A stretch of DNA of 63,489 bases, the filler included, from Actinomycetota bacterium (GTDB lineage: Bacteria; Actinomycetota; CADDZG01; JAHWKV01; JAOPZY01): NCBI GenBank assembly GCA_025963875.1. It is 4 parts of 4 records of this genome, joined end to end, with 100 filler letters (N's around TTAATTAATTAA, not from the genome) between each part and the next. Parts side by side here need not be neighbours in the genome. Positions count along the whole stretch, not along the records: positions 1 to 28,604 come from JAOPZY010000040.1; 3 more parts are not named here. One strand, 5' to 3'. The notes under the pieces are model-generated. The model was not told where the DNA came from and searched no databases. It saw only the letters and a program-made list of their open reading frames with translations. A program made the translations under genes and the position numbers. Of this stretch, positions 9,035-19,330 are shown in pieces. How positions within the stretch are numbered: the first letter of the stretch is position 1; each line of letters begins with the position of its first letter.

Positions 9035-10591
9035 ATGGCCGTGGCGGATCAGACTGGCGGAAACAGGGGTCGGCTGCTGGGAACGTTGCACGATGCCTGG
9101 TGGAGCCTCTATGACTATGGCGGAACTGTGGACCCCATCAGGGGTCCGTTTCAACGGCTGCCCTTGCCGGATGCTCTCCGGATACTTTCGTCCGATGACG
9201 CCGACAAACACCTCACTGAACCCGTCAGGTGGGCGGCGCTGACGGGGCTGGCCCGCTCCGGCCAGGGTGAACTCCCAGGGTACTCGGACTACGAGAGCGA
9301 CTACAAAAACTACTTCCAAAAGGTCCGGACAAAAATATCGTCAGACGTCATTGACAAGGGTGCGAAGGCCGTCCACGAGCACGCCATTCAAAGTGAGCCG
9401 GCAACACCCACCGAGGACATCTGCAACGTTGACCAGGTTGTCGTCGACGGTCAGGATGCCGTTTGGATTTTCTCCGAGTTCCAAACCAAGGCAGATCACG
9501 AACAGCTTGCGAATTGGGTCCAGCCGGAGAACTGGCCCAGGTGGGGGCCCATCCTGTTCAAGGAGATGAGGCCCGTTGGAGACCCCAAGTCTGTCCGGTC
9601 GGCGGCCGGAGAATGGCATGGGAACTATCGGGAAGTGGTTTGGCTCGCCGGGCGAGAACTCCATACCATCCTGCGTTGCGACGTGAAGGACGTCCCTCCT
9701 CAATGGGTCGGCATGACCTACGACCTGGTCCATAGCATCGATGATGTTCTGACCGTGGACCGTGGGTTTCTTCTCGCTACAAAGCTGCCGTCCGGGGATC
9801 ATCTCGTCAAGGCCTTGAAGATCGTGGGCTTCAAGGAGCCAGCGAGCAATTTGTTGGCCAGCCTCGTGTGCCCCCTGTGGACCGACTTCGCTCGCCAGGC
9901 CACAAGGAATGCGGAGCAACTTGCTCGTAAAGAGATTCCCGGGCCTTCCCACGGGCCGGGCAAGGCGAAGGCCGGCAACCCGCCCAACGGAGCGGACAGT
10001 CGATCCCAGGCCAACCCGGTCGAGGCCAGCACCGTCGCCTCCGATCTCAGCGGCCAATGGGTTCAGTCAATGGGCGAGACCGTCAACCACTACACCAAGC
10101 ATGCCCAGGACGTTGGGCTCAGACTCTTGGCCGGCAAGTACGGCCGCGAGGACGCTGCTCGGGACCGCCGTACGCTGTGCGTCTCGCTGGTTCGGGACTG
10201 GGGCCGCGCGTGGAAGGCTGGCATCGACTTCGTGAACGGGGTGGCCTCCATCGACGTGCCTTCCACCGTCGCCGGCCCCGCTGTGGCTGGTGGGACACGA
10301 GAGTTCTCCACCGTTGCGGTGGCACCGCCAGCGAAACAAGTGCCGCTCGGGCTCAGCGACTTCTCCCACGTCGACAGCGATCGGACGCCGCTCAAGTCTG
10401 CCCAGCTCACCCTGACACCGGCAGAGTTGGGCCCTCTGCAAGGCGCGCCAAGCGTCAGTGTCCGCATCGATGTCGACACCACCGGCGTGGAGCCGGGTCT
10501 CTACGTGGGCACCCTGCTGTCGGGCTCGGGCGGGAGCCAGCAGAAGACGGCGGCTCATGTCTACGTCTCCAAGGCTCAAGCGACCAGCTAG
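9035..10591 (+). CDS. Hypothetical protein; possible START/SRPBCC-like central domain and C-terminal Ig-like domain
   Basis: 518-aa ORF co-oriented with the cluster; VQPENWPRWGP followed by alternating beta strands resembles helix-grip folds; C-terminal VRIDVDTTGVEPGLYVGTL beta-sandwich pattern. Confidence 0.7.
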   Translation: MAVADQTGGNRGRLLGTLHDAWWSLYDYGGTVDPIRGPFQRLPLPDALRILSSDDADKHLTEPVRWAALTGLARSGQGELPGYSDYESDYKNYFQKVRTKISSDVIDKGAKAVHEHAIQSEPATPTEDICNVDQVVVDGQDAVWIFSEFQTKADHEQLANWVQPENWPRWGPILFKEMRPVGDPKSVRSAAGEWHGNYREVVWLAGRELHTILRCDVKDVPPQWVGMTYDLVHSIDDVLTVDRGFLLATKLPSGDHLVKALKIVGFKEPASNLLASLVCPLWTDFARQATRNAEQLARKEIPGPSHGPGKAKAGNPPNGADSRSQANPVEASTVASDLSGQWVQSMGETVNHYTKHAQDVGLRLLAGKYGREDAARDRRTLCVSLVRDWGRAWKAGIDFVNGVASIDVPSTVAGPAVAGGTREFSTVAVAPPAKQVPLGLSDFSHVDSDRTPLKSAQLTLTPAELGPLQGAPSVSVRIDVDTTGVEPGLYVGTLLSGSGGSQQKTAAHVYVSKAQATS

Positions 10592-10652
10592 CCCGCTCAT
10601 GCGTGCGGGAAGTTGGGTAGGGGCTTCCTAACTGTATATATGAGGGGGAAGG

Positions 10653-13600
10653 GTGGCCGACACCGGGGGCGGCATGGATCGGTCAGCAGGCAACCAGCTG
10701 GTACAACTCGTCGACCGGTTGCTCGCGAAGGCTGAGAAGGCCTTGGCGCACGGTGCGTGGACCGTCGCCGAGGAGATCCTGGGGGATATCCTCGCGGTCG
10801 CGCCTGAAGACCGGCGAGCTGCCGAGATGCTTCAGCTCGCCAGGCTGCAGGACCCTCTGCCGGGTGGCCTGCGAGCCATGGTGACCCTCCTGTTCTCGGA
10901 CATCGTGCGATCCACTCCGATGGCCGAGCATGCCGAACCCGAGACCATGCGTGACCTGTTCAGGATCTACCGCGACGCGGCAACCGGTGCGATCGATGCT
11001 CTGGAGGGCCAGGTCCTGCAGTTCCAGGGCGACGGAGTCTTCGCCTGCTTCGGGCATCCCAAGGCTCATGGCGACGACGCCCGGCGGGCCGTGCTCGCTG
11101 GCCTGGACATCGTGGAGCGCATGCTCAAGGCCGGTCCGGACATCCGCCGGCGCCTCGGCATCGAGGCTCCCGTCCGCGTCGGCATCCACAGTGGCACGGT
11201 GGTCCTGGCGCCGACATTGGGTGAAGGCGGCCTCCCCGGTGTCGTCGGGGCGGCGACCAACATGGCTGCTCGGATCCAGGCGGTGGCCGAGCCCGACTCG
11301 GTGGTTATCAGCGACGCTACGAGACCCATGGTTGAACACAGCTTCGAGCTGTCTTCCCTCGGGAAACAGACGTTGAAGGGCGTTGGCCGTCCGGTGGAGG
11401 TCTTTCGCGTCGCGCGAACTCGGTCTGCCGGCGCCCAACTGGACGCGGTCAAGCTTCATTCCGCCACAGTCGTCGGCAGGGAGTCCGTCCAGCACCGGCT
11501 GAGCGGCCTGTGGAGCGAGATTCAGCGGGGATCCGAGCGGGGGGATGCATCGGAACGGCAGGCGGTGGTGCTGCGGGGACCATCCGGCATCGGGAAGTCG
11601 CGCCTCGCGGCAGATCTGTGTGATCAAGTGCGCGCGGGAGAAGGAGTTGCCCTTCGGGCTGGATGTTCGCCATTCCATACCAACGTCGCCCTGTGGCCCA
11701 TAGCGCGCTCCCTCGAGCGCCGACTGGGACTCGTTCCCGAGCAGACGCCGGACGAACAGATCAAAATCCTGAGACATCGGTCTGCAGGCATCGGATTCGA
11801 TTCTCCGGCCGCCGTCCCCCTAGTGGCGTCGATGTTGGGGTTGGCCAGCACCGGGGAGACGGCACTCTCAGATCTGGATCCTCTCGCGCGCCGCGCCGAA
11901 TTGCTCAGAGTCATCGTTCAGTGGCTGGCTCTTGTCGCTCGACAGACGCCCTGTCTCCTGGTTGTGGACGATCTGCAGTGGTCGGACCCCACGACAATGG
12001 AGTATCTCGGTCTGCTGGTCGACAAGCCCGTTCCGGGTCTGATGTTGGTTGTGGGAAGCCGGGAGCCTGTGCCGGCGGAGTGGGCGAACTCCGTCGCGGA
12101 CATCGAATTGGAGCCTCTCGGCACGGATCATGCCCTTGCACTTGCGGCCGAGATCGCGCAGAGCCGCGGCCTGGATGCGGATGAGCGGCGCCGGATCGTC
12201 GAGCGCAGCGGCGGGATCCCATTGTTCATCGAAGAGCTGGCACGCAGCGGTGCGACCTCGCGGCCGCAGGGGCACCTGCCGCTGCGGCTCCAGGAGCTTC
12301 TCGAGGCGCGGCTGCGAGCGCCCGGCATCGACCTTCGGGTGGCGCAGCTGGCGGCCACGTTTGGGTCGGTGTTCGATCGCGTCCTGCTCGACCAGCTCGC
12401 CGGCGCCCCGGTCGAACGGGCGGTGTCCGGTCTGGAGGCGGCCGGGATCATCGAACCGCTCGGCGAAACTGATCGACGCGCGTACCAATTCAGCCACGTC
12501 CTGCTCCGCGACGCTGCCTATGAGACGCAGGTGCTCGAGGTCCGCAAGGACACCCACCTTCGGATCGCCGGCTTGCTGAGGGCAGCCCAAAGCCGTTCTC
12601 ATGGCGACCTTGCCGTGGTCGCCCAGCACCTCGACCTGGCCGGCGAAGTCGCCGAGGCCGTGAGTGCCTACATCGATGCTGCAGGGCAGGCCCAGGCCGG
12701 AGCCAGCCACCTCGAGGCCCGGCGATTGCTTACTCGGGCTCTCGCATTGCTGGAGAAGAATCCTCAGAGCGAGGCTCGTGACCTCACCGAACTCGCAGCC
12801 CGAATGCGGAGAGGCTTGAGCGCAAGCTGGGTTTTTGGCTATCCCCATCCTGAAGTCCTGAGCGATTTCCAGACCGCCGACGACCTCTGCCGCCGCTACG
12901 TGCACCGGCCCGAAGTGATGCCGGCGGCCATCGGGGTCTTCAGTGCCTTCTTCGCCAGGGGCGAACTCGGCACCGCACGCACGGTCCTCGAGCGCGTGGT
13001 TCCGCTGACCGAAGGCCCCGAAGGAGCGTGGTTCGCCCCCGAGGTCAAGTCATGCCTGGGGTTCGTGGTTTTTCACACGGGAGACATCCCCCAGGCCCGG
13101 AGCATCCTCGAAGAGGCCTGGGAAGCGTTCCTCCGTCGACCACCGGAGGAGACGGTTTCGCCGTTGTGGCTATTGCCTCATGACCCTGTGGCGCTAACAG
13201 CGGCTGCCCTTTCCTGTTTGGCCGGCCTTCAGGGCCGGATGTCCGACAGCGAGACCTGGCAGCGTCGTGCCGTCGAGCGTACGGAGGGGATGGCCTTCCC
13301 CAAGGGACCGTTCACCCTGGCCTTCATCTCCCTGTACCTGGCATGGCTCCGGATGATCCTCCACGATCCCGCGGGTACCTACCGCTACGGCCGTCAGGCG
13401 ATCGAAATCGCACAGCGCCATGGCTTCCACTACTTCGTCACCGTAGGCCGCCCTTATGTGCTCATACGTGAGCCGGGCGTCCCCGCCGATCCCGAATTTA
13501 TTCGGCGTACCGAGGCAGATATTGAAGCCATCGGCCACGGGGCCTTTCGGGCCGCGTACCTGGGCAATATGGCCAGAAGCCAGGTGTTGCTCGGCGACGT

Positions 13601-13943
13601 CGCACAGGCGCTCGAAACGCTCGACCACGCCCTCCTGCTTACGCAGAAGCAGGGGGAATGGATCCACCAGCCAGACCTCCTGCGCCTGCGTGCCGAGCTC
13701 ACGGCATCGGTTCACCCCGACCGGATGGACGACGTGGTGGACGATCTGCGCTCCGCCGTCGAGGTCGGGCTTGCGCAGGGGTCGCTCGTGCTGGCGCTTC
13801 GCGCCGCCACCGACCTGGCACGGCTTTCCCTCGAGGCCCGGCCCGCCGACTGGCGCAGCGTCCTGAGCAGCGTGTACGACCTGCTGCCGCCCGACTCCGA
13901 GTGTCCCGGGATCCTCGACGCCCGCGCGCTGCTCGATGGCTGA
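10653..13943 (+). CDS. Class III nucleotidyl cyclase fused to STAND/AAA ATPase and TPR region
   Basis: TLLFSDIVRST, QFQGDG, VRVGIHSG, TNMAARIQ; Walker A GPSGIGKS, Walker B LLVVDDLQWSD; GGIPLFIEE; helical C-terminus. Confidence 0.92.
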   Translation: MADTGGGMDRSAGNQLVQLVDRLLAKAEKALAHGAWTVAEEILGDILAVAPEDRRAAEMLQLARLQDPLPGGLRAMVTLLFSDIVRSTPMAEHAEPETMRDLFRIYRDAATGAIDALEGQVLQFQGDGVFACFGHPKAHGDDARRAVLAGLDIVERMLKAGPDIRRRLGIEAPVRVGIHSGTVVLAPTLGEGGLPGVVGAATNMAARIQAVAEPDSVVISDATRPMVEHSFELSSLGKQTLKGVGRPVEVFRVARTRSAGAQLDAVKLHSATVVGRESVQHRLSGLWSEIQRGSERGDASERQAVVLRGPSGIGKSRLAADLCDQVRAGEGVALRAGCSPFHTNVALWPIARSLERRLGLVPEQTPDEQIKILRHRSAGIGFDSPAAVPLVASMLGLASTGETALSDLDPLARRAELLRVIVQWLALVARQTPCLLVVDDLQWSDPTTMEYLGLLVDKPVPGLMLVVGSREPVPAEWANSVADIELEPLGTDHALALAAEIAQSRGLDADERRRIVERSGGIPLFIEELARSGATSRPQGHLPLRLQELLEARLRAPGIDLRVAQLAATFGSVFDRVLLDQLAGAPVERAVSGLEAAGIIEPLGETDRRAYQFSHVLLRDAAYETQVLEVRKDTHLRIAGLLRAAQSRSHGDLAVVAQHLDLAGEVAEAVSAYIDAAGQAQAGASHLEARRLLTRALALLEKNPQSEARDLTELAARMRRGLSASWVFGYPHPEVLSDFQTADDLCRRYVHRPEVMPAAIGVFSAFFARGELGTARTVLERVVPLTEGPEGAWFAPEVKSCLGFVVFHTGDIPQARSILEEAWEAFLRRPPEETVSPLWLLPHDPVALTAAALSCLAGLQGRMSDSETWQRRAVERTEGMAFPKGPFTLAFISLYLAWLRMILHDPAGTYRYGRQAIEIAQRHGFHYFVTVGRPYVLIREPGVPADPEFIRRTEADIEAIGHGAFRAAYLGNMARSQVLLGDVAQALETLDHALLLTQKQGEWIHQPDLLRLRAELTASVHPDRMDDVVDDLRSAVEVGLAQGSLVLALRAATDLARLSLEARPADWRSVLSSVYDLLPPDSECPGILDARALLDG

Positions 13944-16059
13944 CGCGGGGTTTGGGAGGCGGCCTCGGGTCGTCGTCCTGGGTGGCGGGATGGCTGCACT
14001 GTCGGCGGCCCTCGAGCTGTCCGAGGGCCGCTGGCGAGACAGGTTCGAGCACATCACCGTCTACCAGCGGGGCTGGAGGCTCGGCGGCAAGGGCGCGAGC
14101 AGCCGTGGCCCACACGGACGCATCGAGGAGCACGGGTTGCACCTGCTGCTCGGCATCTTCGACGAGACGTTCGACAGCATGCGGCGATGCTACGGGGAGC
14201 TCGACCGGCGCAGAACCGACCCCGCCAGCCCGATCCTCACGTGGGACGACGCGGTAGCCCCGGCCAACCATGTGGGACTGGCCGACCGGGAACGCGGTCA
14301 ATGGGTGCCGTGGGTGGCTTCGTTCAGTGGCACATCCGGGCAGCCGGGTGACGGTGGCGCACGGCCCTGGACGGTTCTCGATCTCGTCGTGCGATCGGTC
14401 CGGTTGCTCTCCGACTTCTACCGGTCGCTCGCCGATCGGCCCGTTGCCAACGGGGGCTCCGTGTACCTCAGCAGCTCGCCAACACGGCGCCGGGCGACCG
14501 CGGCGCGGGGATCCTCCGGAACGCTGCGCCATGCGGGGCTCACCGGCGTGGCCCTGCTTCTCGAGGTGCTGCGGCGGGTCGAGACGTTCCAAGGGGCGGA
14601 CCTGGTGCCGTCGCGGGTCGAAGCGGCGCTCGTCCCGATCCTCGAAGGTCTATCCGCCGCCTGCAAGAACGTCGTCGATGCTGAGCCCGGCGCCCGGCGG
14701 ACGTACGAGCTCGTCGAGCTGCTCACTGCGAATCTCGTCGGCGTCGTCGCAGACAGGCTGCTGACCAACCCCGACGGCTTTGCTGCGATCAACCATCTGG
14801 ACTACCGGGAGTGGCTGCTCCACCACGGTATCGACTGGGCTGCTCTCGAGTCCGCGTGGTTCCGCGGCATGTCCGACCTGGTGTTCGGGTACGAGGGCGG
14901 CGATACCAACCGTCCACGGTTCAGCGCCGGCGTGGGCCTCCAGCTGGCGAGCCGCATGTTCTTCTCCTACTCCGGATCGCTGTTCTGGAGGATGCAGGCC
15001 GGGATGGGGGAAGTGGTCTTCGCGCCGCTCTACGAGGTGCTCAAGGCGCGGGGCGTCCAATTCCGCTTCTTCCACCGTGTGGATGCACTCAGGCTCAGCG
15101 ATGACCGCCGTTCCATCCGAGCCATAGAACTCGGCGTGCAGGCCGAACCGGAGCGAGGTCAGGATGGTTACGAGCCCCTCGTCCGGGTGAAGGGCCTCCC
15201 GTGCTGGCCGGCCGGCCCGATCCTCGAACAGCTTCACGACCCGGACCGGGTTGCCGGCATCGATCTCGAGTCGTTCTGGTCGCCCAGGCGTGACGCTTCC
15301 TCCACGACGCTGGAGAGCGGAAGAGACTTCGACGTTGTCGTGTTCGGCATCTCCCTGGGGATGGTGCCCCACGTGTGCAGCGAGCTGGTGACGCACGCAC
15401 CTCGGTGGCACAGCATGGTCGAGCATGTCGGGACGGTGGCGACCCAGTCGCTGCAGCTGTGGCTGCGCGCCACCGTGCGAGAGCTGGGCTGGCGAGGCCC
15501 CGAGCAGGTGACCGTCAGCGGTTTCGTCGAGCCCTTCGACACGTGGGCCTCCATGGGTCACCTCCTGGCGTTGGAGGACTGGCCCGCCTCCGATCGGCCG
15601 CGGGCGATCGCGTACTTCTGCAGTACGTTGGCCCCCAATCCCACCCCGGCGGGTGTCGTCGATCCGAACGCTGAACACGCGGCGGTTCGCGAACGGGCCC
15701 GCCAGTTCCTCGACCGCGATATCGGCGTGCTGTGGCCGGGCGCCGCCGATGCGCAGGGCTTCCGCTGGGAGTTGCTCTGCAATGGATCGCCGGCAGACAC
15801 GCCGGGACTCGACCACCAGTACTGGCGGGCCAACGTCGATCCCTCGGACCTCTACGTGCAGTCGCTCCCCGGTACCGATCGGTACCGCATCCGGCCGGGA
15901 GATACCGGCTTCGACAACCTCGTCATCGCAGGAGACTGGACCGACTGCGGGTTGAACGCCGGGTGCATCGAAGCGGCGACGCGATCGGGACGCCTCGCCG
16001 CCGCCGCGGTGAGAGAACTCGCCGGCGCTCCCGCGCCGGCGAACCAGCCACATGAGTGA
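13936..16059 (+). CDS. FAD-dependent oxidoreductase (amine oxidase/carotenoid desaturase-like, COG3349-type)
   Basis: Rossmann VVVLGGGMAALSAA, RLGGKGAS, IEEHGLH; C-terminal NLVIAGDWT...GCIEAATRSG; overlaps upstream stop. Confidence 0.88.
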   Translation: MADAGFGRRPRVVVLGGGMAALSAALELSEGRWRDRFEHITVYQRGWRLGGKGASSRGPHGRIEEHGLHLLLGIFDETFDSMRRCYGELDRRRTDPASPILTWDDAVAPANHVGLADRERGQWVPWVASFSGTSGQPGDGGARPWTVLDLVVRSVRLLSDFYRSLADRPVANGGSVYLSSSPTRRRATAARGSSGTLRHAGLTGVALLLEVLRRVETFQGADLVPSRVEAALVPILEGLSAACKNVVDAEPGARRTYELVELLTANLVGVVADRLLTNPDGFAAINHLDYREWLLHHGIDWAALESAWFRGMSDLVFGYEGGDTNRPRFSAGVGLQLASRMFFSYSGSLFWRMQAGMGEVVFAPLYEVLKARGVQFRFFHRVDALRLSDDRRSIRAIELGVQAEPERGQDGYEPLVRVKGLPCWPAGPILEQLHDPDRVAGIDLESFWSPRRDASSTTLESGRDFDVVVFGISLGMVPHVCSELVTHAPRWHSMVEHVGTVATQSLQLWLRATVRELGWRGPEQVTVSGFVEPFDTWASMGHLLALEDWPASDRPRAIAYFCSTLAPNPTPAGVVDPNAEHAAVRERARQFLDRDIGVLWPGAADAQGFRWELLCNGSPADTPGLDHQYWRANVDPSDLYVQSLPGTDRYRIRPGDTGFDNLVIAGDWTDCGLNAGCIEAATRSGRLAAAAVRELAGAPAPANQPHE

Positions 16060-17698
16060 GGAAGTTCAGAGGCTGGCGCTCGACACCGCCCGAGCCGTGG
16101 CCGATCGTCTGGGGGAGATGTTCCAGCGGTTCCGGCGTGAGGGCCCTGAGGGCGCCGACGGCGAAGAGCAGAGGGTGGACAGGACAGATCCTGCCTTCCG
16201 GCGCCTCGAAGGCGCAGCCGAGCGGGCGTTCGACGCCTGCCTTCGCCTGCTCGGTTCCGTGGACGAGCTGGCGGCTCCACTCCTCGCCCGAGGCCTGAGC
16301 GCACTGTCCCGGTCCGAAGGGGGAGCCGACTCGCTGATCCTTCCGCAGGCAGGCCCAGCCGGCCGTTCGAGTGCCAGGCTCTGGCTCCACAACACGACCG
16401 CCGCCGGAGTCCGAGCCCTGCGGCCCTGGACGCCAGGCCTCTACACGGATACGGGGAGGACGCTTCCGGCAACCGCCATCGAGTTTTCGCCCCTGACCAT
16501 CCAGCGCCTCGACGCCGATCAGACCGAGGAGATTCTCGTGGTGGCGGACATCCCCGCAGGGGCGCACCACGGCGTGTACCACGGTCAGATCCTGGTCGAG
16601 AACCTTCCCGACGTGGCGTTCCCGCTGGTGCTCGAGGTGGTCACGAGACCCACAGCTGGCTCCCCGCTCGGGAACGGTTCAGAGCCGGCTGCCAGCCTGG
16701 CCCGCTACGGGCATGTCGTCCGCGAGGAACTGCGCCGGTTCGTCGGCGTCGACGGGCCGGTCGACTACCTCACCGTGCCACTCGCCGACTACCCGAGTCG
16801 CGGGAGCAAGGCGCTGCGGCCCAGCCTGTGCCTGGCCACCTGCGAGGCGTTCGGGGGCCGCCTGGGCGATGCCCTCCCGTCGGCGACGGCCATCGAGCTG
16901 TTGCACAACGCCTTCCTCGTCCACGACGACATCGAGGACGAGAGTCTTCTCCGACGAGGGGACGTCACGCTGCACCGCCGGTACGGAACGCCGCTGGCGC
17001 TGAACGCCGGTGACGCGCTCGCGCTTTTATCAGTGGCGGCACTCCGAGAGAACTTCCAGCGCCTTGGGCCTCGGCTGGCTGAGAAGGTGATGCTGGAGTT
17101 CGACTTCATGAGCCGCCAGACGGTGGCGGGCCAGGCCCTCGAGCTGGGGTGGCGTCGTGACAATCTCATCAACCTGGAGCCCGCCGACTACCTGGATCTC
17201 ATCATGAAGAAGACGTGCTGGTACACGACGGTCCTCCCGTTGCGGGTCGGTGCCCTCACGGGATCCTGGGGGAGCGCGGACCTGGATGCGATGATCACGT
17301 TCGGCCTTCATCTGGGCGCCGCTTTCCAGATCCGCGACGACATTCTCAACCTCGTGGGAGACCCGGCCGATTACGGGAAGGAACGCATGGGAGACCTCGT
17401 CGAAGGCAAGCGGACGCTGATGCTGATCCACCTGCTCGCCGTTGCCGACGAGCCGGATCGTCGATGGTTGCGCTCCTATCTCTCCCGCAGCGCCGCGGCA
17501 CGGCAGCCCCAGGAGGCGGTCAGGGTCTTCGAGCTCATGGGGCACTACGGCAGCATCACGTTCGCGAGCGAGTTCGCCTCCGGCGTCGCTCACCGGGCGG
17601 AGGTGGCGATGGACTACGCCTTTGCGGGCCTGCCCGACACACCGGCCAAGCGCTTCGTCCGGCACCTTGTGCCGTTCATGGTCGAACGAACGGTGTAG
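16052..17698 (+). CDS. Polyprenyl (GGPP-like) diphosphate synthase with ~200-aa N-terminal extension
   Basis: SKALRP, FARM LVHDDIEDESLLRRG, GQALE, KKTCWYT, SARM FQIRDDILN, DLVEGKRT. Confidence 0.9.
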   Translation: MSEEVQRLALDTARAVADRLGEMFQRFRREGPEGADGEEQRVDRTDPAFRRLEGAAERAFDACLRLLGSVDELAAPLLARGLSALSRSEGGADSLILPQAGPAGRSSARLWLHNTTAAGVRALRPWTPGLYTDTGRTLPATAIEFSPLTIQRLDADQTEEILVVADIPAGAHHGVYHGQILVENLPDVAFPLVLEVVTRPTAGSPLGNGSEPAASLARYGHVVREELRRFVGVDGPVDYLTVPLADYPSRGSKALRPSLCLATCEAFGGRLGDALPSATAIELLHNAFLVHDDIEDESLLRRGDVTLHRRYGTPLALNAGDALALLSVAALRENFQRLGPRLAEKVMLEFDFMSRQTVAGQALELGWRRDNLINLEPADYLDLIMKKTCWYTTVLPLRVGALTGSWGSADLDAMITFGLHLGAAFQIRDDILNLVGDPADYGKERMGDLVEGKRTLMLIHLLAVADEPDRRWLRSYLSRSAAARQPQEAVRVFELMGHYGSITFASEFASGVAHRAEVAMDYAFAGLPDTPAKRFVRHLVPFMVERTV

Positions 17699-17727
17699 TT
17701 GGTTCTCCTCTGTTTCTCCACTCCCCC

Positions 17728-19050
17728 CTATCCATTGAGGCGGGCGAGCGCCGACCAGAAGGCGTCCTTTTCGGGGTTCGCCTGGATGGTCGGGAAGTCG
17801 TAGAGGCTGCCCCCGATGGAGCCGGATGCCTTCGTGGCGTCGACGTAGGTGTTGACGTCCTGCGCCTTGAGGCAGTCCGCCACACCGCCGATGGGGTGGA
17901 TCGGCCTGGGAGTCCCCATGAAGGACTCGGTCAGCGTGACGACGTCCCGGATGTACGAGGTTGCATCGACGGCGGGGCAGGCGGCCGGCTTGGTGATCGA
18001 CCAGTACGCCATCGGCAGCACGACGTCGTAGCGTGCCGCGATCTCCGGCCAGGGGAAACCGACCCAGTAGGAGGCCTCTCGATTGACGGCCTCCGCGTCC
18101 AGCACGATGGCACCGAGCGTGGTGCCCGCCGGGACCGACTGGCGGAGCCGGCGGGAGTAGTCGGTGATCCCGGCATTGAAGCGAGCGAGCACATCCACGG
18201 GCGAGGCATCGACGACCACCGTGTTCGTGCAGCCCTTCGGGCACGCACGGCTGCGTGGCAGGGACACGGTGGCAGTGTGCCGCCCGGCCTGCTGGATGGC
18301 GCTGAGGTCCTCGATGTCCGGGGCAAAGCCGTCGAAGTGCTGGCCGCTCGGGCTCGTGTAGGCGAGGACGGCGAGGCTGGCCCGGATGTCGTGGTCGATG
18401 TCGGTGAAGCCAGGCAGGTACCACCCCACCACCCGGATGCCTCGGGCGTGGGCGTGGTCGAGGAAGCTGTCGACGCCCCCTGGGTACAGGATGTCGGGGC
18501 CCTGGCTCCAGAGGCCCGTCTGGAGGAAGAGCGTTCGGACGCCCCGCTGCGCGAGTTGATCGACAACCGATGCCGGGTCCGGGCTCCACGGGTGACCGTA
18601 GTCGAACCAGTCGACCCAGGCACCGAGCCCCCGGTAGGCCACGATCGGGTCCGGCGGGACGGTCGGTGCGGCGGTCGGCGTCACAGCCGATGCTGCGGCG
18701 GTGACCGGCGCCGCGGCGGCGGTGGCGGTCGGGGTGTAGACGACGGTAGCGGCAGCCGCCTTCCGGAGCTTCGAGGCCTGATCCGATGCCGGTTTCGAGG
18801 ACACCGCCAGGGGGTGGCCGATCTGGGCCACCTCGATCCTGGCGGCAATGAGCCTTCTGCGGTCAGCCAGGTCGTGATGCGCATTGGCCTTCAGGACTAC
18901 GGCACTCATCACGCACAGCATGACCGACGCCAGCGACAGCAGCGTCCGGCTGCTGGTGCTTCCGGAGGACAGCGCGCGCGGAACGCCACCGAACCGAGTG
19001 GCCTCCCGTAAGGAGATCCGGCCCGCGGAATGCGCGCCGCGTCGCAGCAT
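17728..19050 (-). CDS. Secreted putative TIM-barrel glycoside hydrolase-like protein
   Basis: Hydrophobic N-terminus, Ala/Pro/Thr linker, VRTLFLQT, AHARGIRVVGW, FDGFAPDIE, DVVLPMAYW. Start uncertain (probably nearer 18920). Confidence 0.65.
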   Translation of the reverse strand: MLRRGAHSAGRISLREATRFGGVPRALSSGSTSSRTLLSLASVMLCVMSAVVLKANAHHDLADRRRLIAARIEVAQIGHPLAVSSKPASDQASKLRKAAAATVVYTPTATAAAAPVTAAASAVTPTAAPTVPPDPIVAYRGLGAWVDWFDYGHPWSPDPASVVDQLAQRGVRTLFLQTGLWSQGPDILYPGGVDSFLDHAHARGIRVVGWYLPGFTDIDHDIRASLAVLAYTSPSGQHFDGFAPDIEDLSAIQQAGRHTATVSLPRSRACPKGCTNTVVVDASPVDVLARFNAGITDYSRRLRQSVPAGTTLGAIVLDAEAVNREASYWVGFPWPEIAARYDVVLPMAYWSITKPAACPAVDATSYIRDVVTLTESFMGTPRPIHPIGGVADCLKAQDVNTYVDATKASGSIGGSLYDFPTIQANPEKDAFWSALARLNG

Positions 19051-19279
19051 CTGGCATTGGCCTTTCTGAGCATGGACCGATCGGAATGGCCTGCGTCGCC
19101 GGCCGACGGCTAGGCCTCGGCTCCGTATGACTACGGCAACGCCGCATAACGCACGAATTCGGTTCTAAATGCTGGCCCCCCGGCTCTTGTGCCCTTCTCC
19201 CATCGGCTTACGGGGGCCGACGGTTGATAGGACAAAGGGGACAACAAATTGAATTTTGCGGTTTCCCGCTGGCTCTGAA

Positions 19280-19330
19280 AATTCTTTGCTCGCCTGACCG
19301 CGCTCTACGCGGTAGGGGAAGCAAAGAATT
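19280..19330. repeat. 51-bp imperfect palindrome
   Basis: AATTCTTTGCT (19280-90) / AGCAAAGAATT (19320-30) outer stem; inner CCT-ACCGCG / CGCGGT-AGG, loop CTCTA. Confidence 0.75.
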
